Assembly (NCBI GenBank): GCA_963725865.1
Contig: CAVSAC010000010.1
Location: forward strand, 512,001 to 576,000
DNA length: 64,000 nucleotides
From: Candidatus Eiseniibacteriota bacterium
GTDB taxonomy: Bacteria > Eisenbacteria > RBG-16-71-46
Direction: 5' to 3'
Under the pieces are notes generated by a model. That model ran no database searches, was not told where the DNA came from, and saw only the letters and a list, made by a program, of their open reading frames with translations. The translations under genes were made by a program, and so were the position numbers. Below are positions 30,661 to 39,804 of this stretch, one piece after another. Each line of letters opens with the position of its first letter. Positions within the stretch are counted from its first letter, which is position 1.

Positions 30661-32195
30661 CGGCCCGCCTCCGCGGCGGCGGCGGCGCGCGCGCGGCCGC
30701 CGGGCAGCAGCCGCAGCCAGCGCGCGCGCTCCTCGGGGCTCACGCCCCATCGCCACGCGATGACCGCGAACACCACCCAGGGCCCGGCGCAGGCGGCGAA
30801 CAAGGGCCCCCAGCCGACCGGACGCAGCAGCCCCTGGACGAGCAGCGCCGGGACCAGGAACGCGAGGGTGACCAGGCCGGGCTGCAGCATCCCCTCCCAG
30901 AGGTAGCGCCCGAACGGCATCGCCAGCGCGCGGCACGCGTACACCATGGTCGCCACGCCCCCGACCAGCGCGAGCGGGATCGCGGTGCCGAGCGCGACCC
31001 CCACGTTGCCGAGCGGCTTCACGAGCGCGATCGAGAGTCCGAGGTTGAGCAGCGCGTTGAGGATCGAGAGCGCCACCACGCCGCGATGGCGGCTGATGCC
31101 GTACAGCAGCGACGAGGCGGTGGACTGCGGCAGCGAGATCAGCGTGGGCACCGTGAGGATGGTGAGCAGCAGCGCCGCGTCGCGGTACTTCGCCCCCACC
31201 CAGGTCTCGAGCAGGTTCGCGCCGAAGATGATCAGCCCGAACAGCACCGGCCACGCCAGCAGCACCGAGTACTTCGAGCCGAGCACCAGCATGGCGTGGA
31301 GCTTGTCGTGCTCGCCGCGCGTCTCGAGCTCGCTCGCGGTCGGCGCCAGCACCCAGGTGGCCGAATAGACCAGCGACCGCGCGTTGTCCACCAGACCGGC
31401 GGCGAGCGCGAACGGGGTCACCAGCGCCGCGCCGAGGAACGAGGTGATCACCAGCGCGTCGGTCTGGAACGCGATGCTCGAGGCGAGCGCGCCGATGAAC
31501 GCGATGCCACTGTACGATCCGATCAGGCGCAGGTGCGGTCCGTCGACGTGGCGCAGGCCGTACCGCACGCGGGGCAGCAGCCGGAACACGTACACCATCG
31601 AGATCAGGTAGCCGAGCAGGTTCATGACGAGCGAGGTCCACGCCAGCCCCACCAACCCGCCGCCCATCCGCAGCACCACCACGAACGCGAACGCGCGCAC
31701 CACCCCGATCGCGATCCCGACGCCGTTCGCGATGTCGTAGCGCTGGAGCCCCGAGAGCGTCGCGCCGAACACGCCGAGCGGGAATCCGAGCGCCAGCGAC
31801 AGGCCGGCGAGCCACACCACCTGGCGCGCCACGTCCATCTGCGACGGCTCGATCTTGAGCCACAGGTGGAGCGTCGCGGCCACCACCGCGGTGGCGGCCG
31901 CGGTGAGCGCGCCCACGCCGGTGTACAGCGTGATCGCGCTGTTGATCGTGCGGGTCAGTCCCTCGTCGTCGCCGCGGGCGTGGTCGCGCGAGACGTAGCG
32001 CACGAGCGACGGCCGGATGCCCTGATCGAACAGCCCGAAGTAGCCGGTGAGCGAGAACACCGTCACCCACAGGCCGTAGTCCCCGTCGCCCATCAGGTGG
32101 ACCATGATGGGCGTCAGCAGCAGACCGATCACCCCCGTCAGGAAGAACCGGAGGTAGTTGGTCAGCACGTTCTTCAGGACGCGGAGACTGCGCAA
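30657..32195 (-). CDS. wzx: Wzx-type oligosaccharide flippase
   Basis: Many TM segments; DYGLW...FDQGI; TDALVITSFLG. Confidence 0.8.
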   Translation of the reverse strand: MRSLRVLKNVLTNYLRFFLTGVIGLLLTPIMVHLMGDGDYGLWVTVFSLTGYFGLFDQGIRPSLVRYVSRDHARGDDEGLTRTINSAITLYTGVGALTAAATAVVAATLHLWLKIEPSQMDVARQVVWLAGLSLALGFPLGVFGATLSGLQRYDIANGVGIAIGVVRAFAFVVVLRMGGGLVGLAWTSLVMNLLGYLISMVYVFRLLPRVRYGLRHVDGPHLRLIGSYSGIAFIGALASSIAFQTDALVITSFLGAALVTPFALAAGLVDNARSLVYSATWVLAPTASELETRGEHDKLHAMLVLGSKYSVLLAWPVLFGLIIFGANLLETWVGAKYRDAALLLTILTVPTLISLPQSTASSLLYGISRHRGVVALSILNALLNLGLSIALVKPLGNVGVALGTAIPLALVGGVATMVYACRALAMPFGRYLWEGMLQPGLVTLAFLVPALLVQGLLRPVGWGPLFAACAGPWVVFAVIAWRWGVSPEERARWLRLLPGGRARAAAAAEAGR

Positions 32196-32265
32196 TCCAT
32201 ACGCTCCTAGGAGGGACCACTCGAGCCGCGGCGCCGGAGAGCCCTCCCCGGCGCGGGACGCGGGT

Positions 32266-34515
32266 CTACGACGGCTCGCCCCCGGCCGCCTCGTCGGGCG
32301 CGCCGTAGCCGTAGTTCTTGTAGCCGTAGTAGTGCGGCATGACCTCGCCGATGTCGTTCATGAGCACCCCGACCAGGTTGTCCCGCGCCTCGCGCTGGAC
32401 CTTGACGCCGTACTCGGCGGCCTTGCGGATGGTGCTCCCCGCCTTGATGACGTACACCACGCCCTCGACCGCGCGGCCGATGATGAGTGGGTCGGGCACC
32501 GCGAGGTTCGGCGGCGCGTCGATCACCACCAGCGCGTAGCGCTTGGACGCCTCCTGCAGGAACCACTCCACGCCGCCGAGGTCCACCAGCTCGGCGGCGG
32601 GGTGCTCGCTCTTGCCGGCGGCCAGGAAGTCGAGCGACGGCAGCACCGTGGTGCGCACGTAGCGCTCGTCGAACGTGCGCGACTGGAGCATCTGCGCGAG
32701 CCCCCAGCTGCTGCTCGGCAGTCCCAGCGAACGGTGCAGCGCCGGGCTGCGCAGGTCGAAGTCGACCAGCAGCGTGCGCTCGCGCAGCTCGCGCGCCAGC
32801 GTGATCGCCAGGCACGCGGAGGTCGTCGTCTTGCCCTCGCCGCGGGTGGCGCTGGTGACCATCAGGCTATGCGGCATCGCCCGCCCGCGCGTGCGCGCGA
32901 GCTTGAGATAGATGCGGCGGAACTCCAGGCCGAGCGGACTCTCGACCTTGAGCCGGTGGAGCAGGCCGTGCTCGCGCGGTGCGAGCGCACCGCCCGCCAC
33001 CGCGGGCTGCCCGCGCGGGCGCCGCCGCGAGCGCTCGAGCTCCTCGACCCGCGGTACCGCGCCCAGGACTGGCAGGCCGAGCAGGTTCTCGACCTCCTCG
33101 GCGTTGCGCACCGACTGGTCGTGCTGCTCGACCACCAGCACGGTGCCCACGCCGATGATCCCGCCCGCCACCAGCGCGAGCAGGATCAGCATCAGGCGGT
33201 TGGGCTTGCCGGGCGATTCGGGCAACTGCGCGGGCTCCAGGATCATGAAGCGCCCGCTCACCTTCGCGTTCTCGAACGCCTCGTTGATCTGGTTCGTGAC
33301 CGACGCCTGCAGGAACTGGTTGTAGAGCGTGCGCGCCCCGTCGACCTCGGCCTGCAGGCGCTGCACCTCCATCTCGACGTCGGGCGCCATCGACACCTGG
33401 CGCTCGTAACCGTTCACCTGGCCGGCGAGGTAGCCGCGCCGCGTGTCGCGGGCGGCGAGGTCGGCCAGCGCGAGCCGGTAGCTCACCAGCAGGTCGCGCG
33501 CGTCGCTCGACATCGTGGGGAACGCGCGTGCCGCGCTGCGGCCGAGCGCGTCCTCGAGCTCGACGCTCTTGCGCGCCAACAGCGTGCGCACCGAGGCGCC
33601 GCCGTCGCCGGCCCCGGTGACGCCGAGCAGCGCGCCGGCGAGCTGACGCTCGAGCGAGGCGAGCTGCGTGGCCAGGCTGCCGACCTCGGGGCTCGAGAGC
33701 GCGTCGGCGTCGCCGTCGTGGACGCGGCCGACCAGCTGGTCGCGCAGCGCGGTCACCCGCTGGCGCTGCTGCTCGACGTCGAGTTCGGCCTGCTCCAGGA
33801 GCGAGCGCGCCTGCCCCAGGTTGGCGGCGTTCACGGTCGAGCCCTGGATCGTCGTGGTGATCGCCGAGCGGCGCGCCGCCTCGAGTCGCCGCTCGGCGTC
33901 GTCGAGCTTCTGCTTGTAGACCTGTTGCTGCTCGATCGCGAACGCGCCCGTGGCGCGCAGCGCCTCGATCTGGGCCGCCTTCGAGGAGAGCACGAACTGG
34001 TTCGCGACCGCGTCCGCCAGCCGGCGCGCCCGCTCCGCCTCGTGCGCCGCCACCGTCACCGTGAAGAAGTCGCCCTTGGCGACCATCACCGTGATCGCGC
34101 CGCTGCGCAGGTAGTCGACGAGTGCCGACTCGACGAGGTCGTCAGCGGTGGCGCCGGGCGTCTTCCTCGCGTGCTGGAGCGCCCACTCCCGCGTCGCGGG
34201 ATCCTTCTTCACTCCGCTGGCGACCACGATGCCGCGCAGGAACAAGGTGCTCTTGATCTGTCCCTTCATCACGCTCAGCTGCTGGTCGGCCGAGCGCCCG
34301 CCCGCCATCATCCCGCCCAGCGGGCCGGCCAGCGAGGCCGGACGCTCGTACTGCAGGCTCACCGAGGAGAAGTAGATCGACGGCAGCAGGAACGCGGCGA
34401 GCACGCCCGCGACGAGCGCCACCGCCCACGGCAGCACGAGCAGCCAGCGGCGGCGCCAGAGGACGCGCAGGAACTCCTGGACGTCGAGCGCCTGGGGGGC
34501 AGTCGGATCGGACAT
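32266..34515 (-). CDS. wzc: Wzc-type polysaccharide co-polymerase with BY-kinase domain
   Basis: TM, coiled coil, TM; Walker GEGKTT, DFDLR, IDAPP; Tyr cluster HYYGYKNYGYG. Confidence 0.88.
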   Translation of the reverse strand: MSDPTAPQALDVQEFLRVLWRRRWLLVLPWAVALVAGVLAAFLLPSIYFSSVSLQYERPASLAGPLGGMMAGGRSADQQLSVMKGQIKSTLFLRGIVVASGVKKDPATREWALQHARKTPGATADDLVESALVDYLRSGAITVMVAKGDFFTVTVAAHEAERARRLADAVANQFVLSSKAAQIEALRATGAFAIEQQQVYKQKLDDAERRLEAARRSAITTTIQGSTVNAANLGQARSLLEQAELDVEQQRQRVTALRDQLVGRVHDGDADALSSPEVGSLATQLASLERQLAGALLGVTGAGDGGASVRTLLARKSVELEDALGRSAARAFPTMSSDARDLLVSYRLALADLAARDTRRGYLAGQVNGYERQVSMAPDVEMEVQRLQAEVDGARTLYNQFLQASVTNQINEAFENAKVSGRFMILEPAQLPESPGKPNRLMLILLALVAGGIIGVGTVLVVEQHDQSVRNAEEVENLLGLPVLGAVPRVEELERSRRRPRGQPAVAGGALAPREHGLLHRLKVESPLGLEFRRIYLKLARTRGRAMPHSLMVTSATRGEGKTTTSACLAITLARELRERTLLVDFDLRSPALHRSLGLPSSSWGLAQMLQSRTFDERYVRTTVLPSLDFLAAGKSEHPAAELVDLGGVEWFLQEASKRYALVVIDAPPNLAVPDPLIIGRAVEGVVYVIKAGSTIRKAAEYGVKVQREARDNLVGVLMNDIGEVMPHYYGYKNYGYGAPDEAAGGEPS

Positions 34516-34530
34516 CAGTTCACTCCGGGG

Positions 34531-35526
34531 TCAGTTGGTCTGCTTCTTGTTCTGGAGGTAGTCCACCAGAACCGCAGCGTTCAGGACGTCACGACCCACG
34601 AGCAGCACCTGGTAGATGCCGGTGAATGCACGTCCCACGAGCGCCCCGCCCCGCACCCCGACGTACACCACGTCGCCCGGCCGCACCGTCACCGGCGACT
34701 TGCTCCCGCGCGCCAGCACCTCGCGCAGGTTCACCGCCGCCACCGTCACGCCGTTCGGACCGCGGGTCAGCACCTTGACGCTGCTCAGGTCGCCGAGCGT
34801 CGTCACGCCGCCCGCCGATGCGAGCACCATCCAGAGATCCGAGCCGGTGCCGACCGGGTAGAGCCCCGGCTTCGTGACCTCGCCGAGCACGCCGACCGCC
34901 TCGCCGGGGCCGGCCGCGCCCGCGGCGAGGCCTTGCGGCACCACGATCGCGTCACCGGCCTGCAGCGCCGGCAGCCGGTCGGTGTTGCCGTCGCGCAGCA
35001 CGGCCGCGACGTCGACCATCTGGGTGTGGCGCGCGGTGCCCTCGCGGCGGACCAGCTGGATGTTCGCCAGGTCGGCGCCCGCCAGCGCGCCGCCGGCGGC
35101 GCTCAGGGCGTCGACCAGGCTCGGCAACGTCTCGAAACCGTAGCGCCCGGGCTTCGCCACGGCCCCCGACACGTACACGCTCCGTGAGAGGTACTGCGAC
35201 ACCGTCACCGTCACCGTCGCCGACTGCCGCAGGTAGCTGGAGAGCCGCTCCGCGATGCGGTCCGCGAGCTGCTTGGTCGTCAGCCCGACGGCCTTGATGT
35301 CGCCGACCGGCGGGAACACGATGTCGCCGTCGGTCCCGACCGGCAACGTGCGCTCGAGTTCGGGATGGAGCCACACCGACACCGCCACCACGTCCTCGGC
35401 GCCGAGCACGTAGTCGGCCGCGCGCACCGCCCGCGGGGTGGCGGCCAGCAGCACCATGGAAAGGGACAAGCCGAGGGCGACGACGCTCCGCGCGAGCGCG
35501 TGCGGACGCGGGATCCGACGGTTCAT
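34531..35526 (-). CDS. wza: Wza-like polysaccharide export protein with SLBB repeats
   Basis: DYVLGAEDVV...DGDIVFPPVG...VYVSGAVAKPG...VLGEVTKPG. Confidence 0.85.
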   Translation of the reverse strand: MNRRIPRPHALARSVVALGLSLSMVLLAATPRAVRAADYVLGAEDVVAVSVWLHPELERTLPVGTDGDIVFPPVGDIKAVGLTTKQLADRIAERLSSYLRQSATVTVTVSQYLSRSVYVSGAVAKPGRYGFETLPSLVDALSAAGGALAGADLANIQLVRREGTARHTQMVDVAAVLRDGNTDRLPALQAGDAIVVPQGLAAGAAGPGEAVGVLGEVTKPGLYPVGTGSDLWMVLASAGGVTTLGDLSSVKVLTRGPNGVTVAAVNLREVLARGSKSPVTVRPGDVVYVGVRGGALVGRAFTGIYQVLLVGRDVLNAAVLVDYLQNKKQTN

Positions 35527-38141
35527 CGAGTCACTCCTTTGACGGCGGACGCCTCGCCTCCGAGGATGCGACGTGCCGGCGCGAGGCCGGCCGCCGCGAT
35601 CCGCGGGCCGGGACGCCGCAGGACCACGGTCACGGTGCGCAGCAGGATGCGCAGATCGAGCAGCAGGGAACGGTGCTCCACGTAGTGCAGATCGAAACCG
35701 ACCCGGCGCTCGACGCCCGCGGGGGTGTCGTCGTCGCAGCCCGAGACCCGCGCCAGTCCGGTCACCCCCGGCAGCACTGTGAAGCGCCGCTCGTAGCCGG
35801 GCACCAGGTTCTTCCAGCGCAGCACCAGGTCCTGATGCTCGGGCCACGGGCCGACCAGCGCCATCTCGCCGCGCAGCACGTTGAGCAGGAACGGGATCGT
35901 GTCGAGGTGATGGCGCGCGATCCAGCGGCTGATGGGGCCGAGGTCGCTGCGGAAACGATCGCACTCGATCGGCGCGCCCAGCAGGTCCTGCGTGCGGCGC
36001 TGGATGCTGCGGCGATCGATCGGCGCGCCTTCGCGCCGCGCCCGCCGCGGGCCGCGGCGGCGCGAGCGCCCGATCCGCACCTCGCGCACCAGGATCACGC
36101 GGGTGCCCAGGCGGCGCGCCTCGAGCGCGAGCACCCCCCACAGGGGCAGTGAGAGCGTCAGCGCCGCCACCGCCACGCCCGCCTCGATCACGCCGCGCGC
36201 GGTCTCGCCCCACGGCCGCACGGCGGGCGCCGGCCGGGTCGGTCCGGCGGCCGGCAGCTCGATCACCGGGGTCGTCGGCGGGATCGCCGACCGCGCCTCG
36301 AACGGCGCGTGGGTCGGCTCGAGGTACTCCGGCACCATGTGGTGGAGCATCGCCTTGACCTCGGACGGGTCCCCGCGCTGGGCGATCTGCTCCATCTCGG
36401 CGACCTCGGCGCGCAGGCTCTCCTCGTCGCGCGCGTCGAGGTCCCAGACCAGGATCCGCTGATGCCGCGTGATGCGCGTGCGCTCGGTGTCCGAGTGCAG
36501 CTCCTCGTAGAGCTTCTCGCCCGGACGCAGGCCCGTGAACACGATCTCGACGTCCTCGCCCTCGCGCATCCCCGCGAGCCGGATCAGCTGGCGCGCGAGG
36601 TCGACGATGCGCACCTGCTCGCCCATGTCGAGCAGGAACACCTCGCCGCCCTTGCCCATCGCGCCGGCCTGCAGCACCAGCCGCACCGCCTCGGGGATGG
36701 TCATGAAGTAGCGGCGCGCGTCCGGGTGCGTGACGGTGAGCGGCCCCCCGCGCTGCAGCTGGCGCTGGAACAGCGGGATCACCGAGCCGTCGCTGCCGAG
36801 CACGTTGCCGAACCGCACGGCCACGAAGCGGGTCTCGCTGCGCTGGGAACGGCTCTGGCAGATCATCTCGCACACGCGCTTCGAGGCGCCCATCACGCTG
36901 GTCGGGTTGACCGCCTTGTCGGTCGAGATCAGCACGAACTTCTGGACGCCGTGGCGGTCCGCGGCGTCCACCAGGTGCTTGGTGCCCGTGATGTTGTTGA
37001 GCACCGCCTCGCGCGGACTCGCCTCGAGCAGCGGCACGTGCTTGTGCGCCGCGGCGTGGAATACCACCACGGGCTTGAAGCGGCTGAACACCCGCTCCAC
37101 GCCGTCGCCGTCCCGCATGTCGCACACGACCGGGTGGATGGGCAGCCCCTCGTGCTGTGCCGCCAGCTCGTGGTGCACGAAGTACAGGCCGTTCTCCGCG
37201 TGGTCCATCAGCACGACCTCGGCGGCCCCGAAGCCGGCCACCTGGCGCGCCAGCTCGGATCCGATCGAGCCGCCGGCCCCGGTCACCAGCACGCGCTTGC
37301 CGCGCAGGAACTCGCCGACTTCCTCGAGATCGAGGTGCACCGGCTGGCGCCCGAGCAGGTCCTCGATGCGCACGTCGCGCATCTGCGACAGCGTGGTCTT
37401 GCCGTGCTGCAGGTCCGAGAGCCCGGGCAGGGTCTTGACCGCGACGTTCGCCTCGGCGCAGAAGCGCGCGATCTCGCGCACCACCTTCGCCGGCATGTCG
37501 GGATCCGAGACGATGAGCATCTCGGCGCGCTGCTCCTGGAGCACCCGCGGGAGGTCCCCGATCGTGCCCAGCACCTTCACGCCCTCGACGAGGTGCCCGG
37601 TGAGCCGCGCGTCGTCGTCGATGAAGCCGACCGGCATCAGCATGTCGGGGCCGTCCGGACCGCGGCGCATCTCCTGGATCAGGTGCACGCCGGTGTGGTC
37701 CGCACCGACCACCAGCGTGCGGAGCGCGCGATGTGACTCGTAGCCGAGGATGCGCTCCCGCGAGAGCCGCCACATGAACCGCGCGCCACCCACCAGCACC
37801 ACCTCGATGAGCCACGTGATGACGATGGCGCTGCGCGGGAACAACGGCTCGGGGCTGAACAGGGTGATGACGACGAGGGCGAGCGCGGAGAGCAGCGCGC
37901 CCTTGAAAATCTGGAACAGCGTCACGGTCGACGCGTAGCGCCACAGGCCGTGGTAGAGCCCCGCGACGTAGTAGCCGCCGAGCGACAGCACCGTGAAGAA
38001 CGGCGCCGCGACGAGGTAGCCGGTCCAGAAGCGCGCGGGGATATCGCCCTCGAAGCGCAGCAGCAGTGCGCCGAGGAACGCCGCCTGGAGCAGCAGCGCG
38101 TACCCGATCGTGAGGACCAGGAAGCGCGGGGTCTTGTGCAA
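35523..38141 (-). CDS. CapD/PglF-like UDP-sugar 4,6-dehydratase with a fused degenerate PGT-like C-terminal domain
   Basis: TM region; TGAGGSIGSE, HAAAHKHVP, ISTDKAVNPT, RFGNVLGS, GLRPGEKL; tail LDTIPFLLNVLRGEMALVGPWP...LPGVTGLA. Confidence 0.88.
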   Translation of the reverse strand: MHKTPRFLVLTIGYALLLQAAFLGALLLRFEGDIPARFWTGYLVAAPFFTVLSLGGYYVAGLYHGLWRYASTVTLFQIFKGALLSALALVVITLFSPEPLFPRSAIVITWLIEVVLVGGARFMWRLSRERILGYESHRALRTLVVGADHTGVHLIQEMRRGPDGPDMLMPVGFIDDDARLTGHLVEGVKVLGTIGDLPRVLQEQRAEMLIVSDPDMPAKVVREIARFCAEANVAVKTLPGLSDLQHGKTTLSQMRDVRIEDLLGRQPVHLDLEEVGEFLRGKRVLVTGAGGSIGSELARQVAGFGAAEVVLMDHAENGLYFVHHELAAQHEGLPIHPVVCDMRDGDGVERVFSRFKPVVVFHAAAHKHVPLLEASPREAVLNNITGTKHLVDAADRHGVQKFVLISTDKAVNPTSVMGASKRVCEMICQSRSQRSETRFVAVRFGNVLGSDGSVIPLFQRQLQRGGPLTVTHPDARRYFMTIPEAVRLVLQAGAMGKGGEVFLLDMGEQVRIVDLARQLIRLAGMREGEDVEIVFTGLRPGEKLYEELHSDTERTRITRHQRILVWDLDARDEESLRAEVAEMEQIAQRGDPSEVKAMLHHMVPEYLEPTHAPFEARSAIPPTTPVIELPAAGPTRPAPAVRPWGETARGVIEAGVAVAALTLSLPLWGVLALEARRLGTRVILVREVRIGRSRRRGPRRARREGAPIDRRSIQRRTQDLLGAPIECDRFRSDLGPISRWIARHHLDTIPFLLNVLRGEMALVGPWPEHQDLVLRWKNLVPGYERRFTVLPGVTGLARVSGCDDDTPAGVERRVGFDLHYVEHRSLLLDLRILLRTVTVVLRRPGPRIAAAGLAPARRILGGEASAVKGVTR

Positions 38142-38320
38142 GCCCTAGCCTTTCGTACCGGCGGGTGGGGCCCGCCCGAGGGTCAGCGACGCGCCCGCTC
38201 CGGTGGAGCGGCCGCGCACACGGTATTCCCAGGTCGGCCGGCGGACGCGCCGGCGCGCATACGCACACACGTCCCGCCCTCCGGTGGTGCCGGCGGGCGG
38301 GGCATGCCTGTCGAAGACAA

Positions 38321-38336
38321 TGCAAGGCGTAGGCCC
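38321..38336 (-). promoter_or_regulatory. Putative sigma54 -24/-12 promoter
   Basis: Minus strand GGGCCTACGCCTTGCA (GG-N10-GC with TTGCA) upstream of the operon encoding a sigma54 activator. Confidence 0.4.
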
Positions 38337-38448
38337 GGGGAGATCCCCCGCTGGCCCAGGTCCGGGTGCTGGTCCGCTGAGGTCGTCCGGACACACCACA
38401 CCCATGGTCCGGAGGTGTGCTACCTCCGGTGGCGCTTCGTCGTGGGGG

Positions 38449-38477
38449 ATTCTAGGGAGTGGGACCGAACGCGTCAA
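38449..38477 (-). promoter_or_regulatory. Sigma70 promoter of the EPS/exosortase operon
   Basis: Minus strand TTGACG-17 nt-TAGAAT. Confidence 0.65.
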
Positions 38478-38520
38478 GCCACGGGCTTCGAAGACCTTAG
38501 ACCAAATCCTGCATGCACTC

Positions 38521-38536
38521 TGCAAGCGCTTCGCCC
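38521..38536 (-). promoter_or_regulatory. Second putative sigma54 -24/-12 motif
   Basis: Minus strand GGGCGAAGCGCTTGCA (GG-N10-GC). Confidence 0.3.
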
Positions 38537-38649
38537 GGGGCCCCGGGGCCGCTGCCCCAGCCGGTTGGGCCCGGCTGCCAAACCGGTGGGGGCCGGCGGT
38601 ACGGCGGGACGGGCGCGGCCAGCAGGCCTCCGGCCTCGCGGGCCGGCGG

Positions 38650-39519
38650 TCAACCTGCGGCCGGATCCAGAGCGCGGGCCTCCTCGCCGATCCCGCGCTC
38701 GAAGGGACGCGGGTCGAAGCCCAGATCACGCCGGGCGGGCGTGATGTCGACCGCCTTCGATTCGTTCAGCCGCAGCACCTGCTCTGGTGAGACCGGCGTG
38801 CGCAGGCCGATCCCGCGCGCGGCCACCACCAGAGCGTGCATCGGTGCGAGCGGCAGCGGTACCACCCACACGCGCCGCCCGAGCGCGGCCCCCGCCAGCC
38901 GCACCAGCTCGGCCAGTGGCAGCGGGACCGGACCGCCGACGTCGTAAGCGCGGCGCTCGCTCGCCGGCCGCTCGAAGCAGGCGACGATCGCGGCCGCGAG
39001 GTCCTCGACGTGGACCGGCTGCTGCAGCGTTCCGCCGCCGCCGGGCGCCGGGAAAACCGGCACGGAGCGCAGCGCTCGCAGCAGTCGCACCATGTTCCGG
39101 TCCGCCGGGGTGCCGTAGATCATGCTCGGGCGCAGGATGGTCCACGCGAGCGAGGACGCCTGCAGCGCCTCCTCGCCGCGGCGCTTGGCGTCGGCACCGC
39201 CACTCGCCAGGCGGGTGTAGACGCCGGCCGACGATACGAATACGCCGCGCCGCACCCCGGCCTGCTCCAGCGCGGGCAGGAATCGCGGCGCCAGCGCCAT
39301 TCCCGCCAGGTGCACGACGCCCGTCGCGCCGTCGAATGCGCCCGCGTGCGTGGCGGGATCGCCGAGGTCGGCCCATCGCAGTTCGCAGCCGAGCGCCGCG
39401 AGCCGCGTGGCATCGCGCCCCGGGCGCACGACCGCGAGAACCCGGTGCCCGCGCGCGTGGAGGCGCGGGATCAGGTGCGACGCGACGAAGCCCAGCGCGC
39501 CGGTGACCGCGATGACCAT
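38650..39519 (-). CDS. NAD-dependent epimerase/dehydratase (atypical SDR)
   Basis: VTGALGFVA, HLAG, ILRPSMIYG, QPVHVEDLA. Confidence 0.85.
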   Translation of the reverse strand: MVIAVTGALGFVASHLIPRLHARGHRVLAVVRPGRDATRLAALGCELRWADLGDPATHAGAFDGATGVVHLAGMALAPRFLPALEQAGVRRGVFVSSAGVYTRLASGGADAKRRGEEALQASSLAWTILRPSMIYGTPADRNMVRLLRALRSVPVFPAPGGGGTLQQPVHVEDLAAAIVACFERPASERRAYDVGGPVPLPLAELVRLAGAALGRRVWVVPLPLAPMHALVVAARGIGLRTPVSPEQVLRLNESKAVDITPARRDLGFDPRPFERGIGEEARALDPAAG

Positions 39520-39598
39520 GCCGTGCTCCGATCGCGCGAGGTGGAAACCGAAGCGCCCGCCGGGCGCATCAGCCGGTCGGGCGCGGAGACTGCGGGGT

Positions 39599-39674
39599 TG
39601 GTAGCGCTACGGGGATTCGAACCCCGGTCTGATGGCTGAGAACCATCTGTCCTAGACCCCTAGACGATAGCGCC
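39599..39674 (-). tRNA. tRNA-Glu (CTC)
   Basis: Cloverleaf GGCGCTA...GATGG-TT-CTC-AG-CCATC...GTTCGAATC...TAGCGCTACCA. Confidence 0.95.
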
Positions 39675-39687
39675 TCGTGCATGCGAA

Positions 39688-39761
39688 TGGCTGCCCGGCA
39701 AGGATTCGAACCTCGACTAACTGGTCCAGAGCCAGTCGTGCTACCGTTACACCACCGGGCA
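39688..39761 (-). tRNA. tRNA-Gln (CTG)
   Basis: TGCCCGG...ACTGG-CT-CTG-GA-CCAGT...GTTCGAATC...CCGGGCAGCCA. Confidence 0.95.
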
Positions 39762-39804
39762 GCGCAGAAGCGGGGCGCACTCTAACATCGGCCCCCGCGG
39801 CCGT

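Noticed and set aside
38145..38729. 194-aa ORF in the operon upstream region
   Set aside because: Low-complexity translation overlapping promoter motifs; more likely non-coding
39520..39600. Genomic island integrated at the tRNA-Glu 3' end
   Set aside because: No integrase and no duplicated tRNA 3' fragment seen; the EPS operon matches host composition
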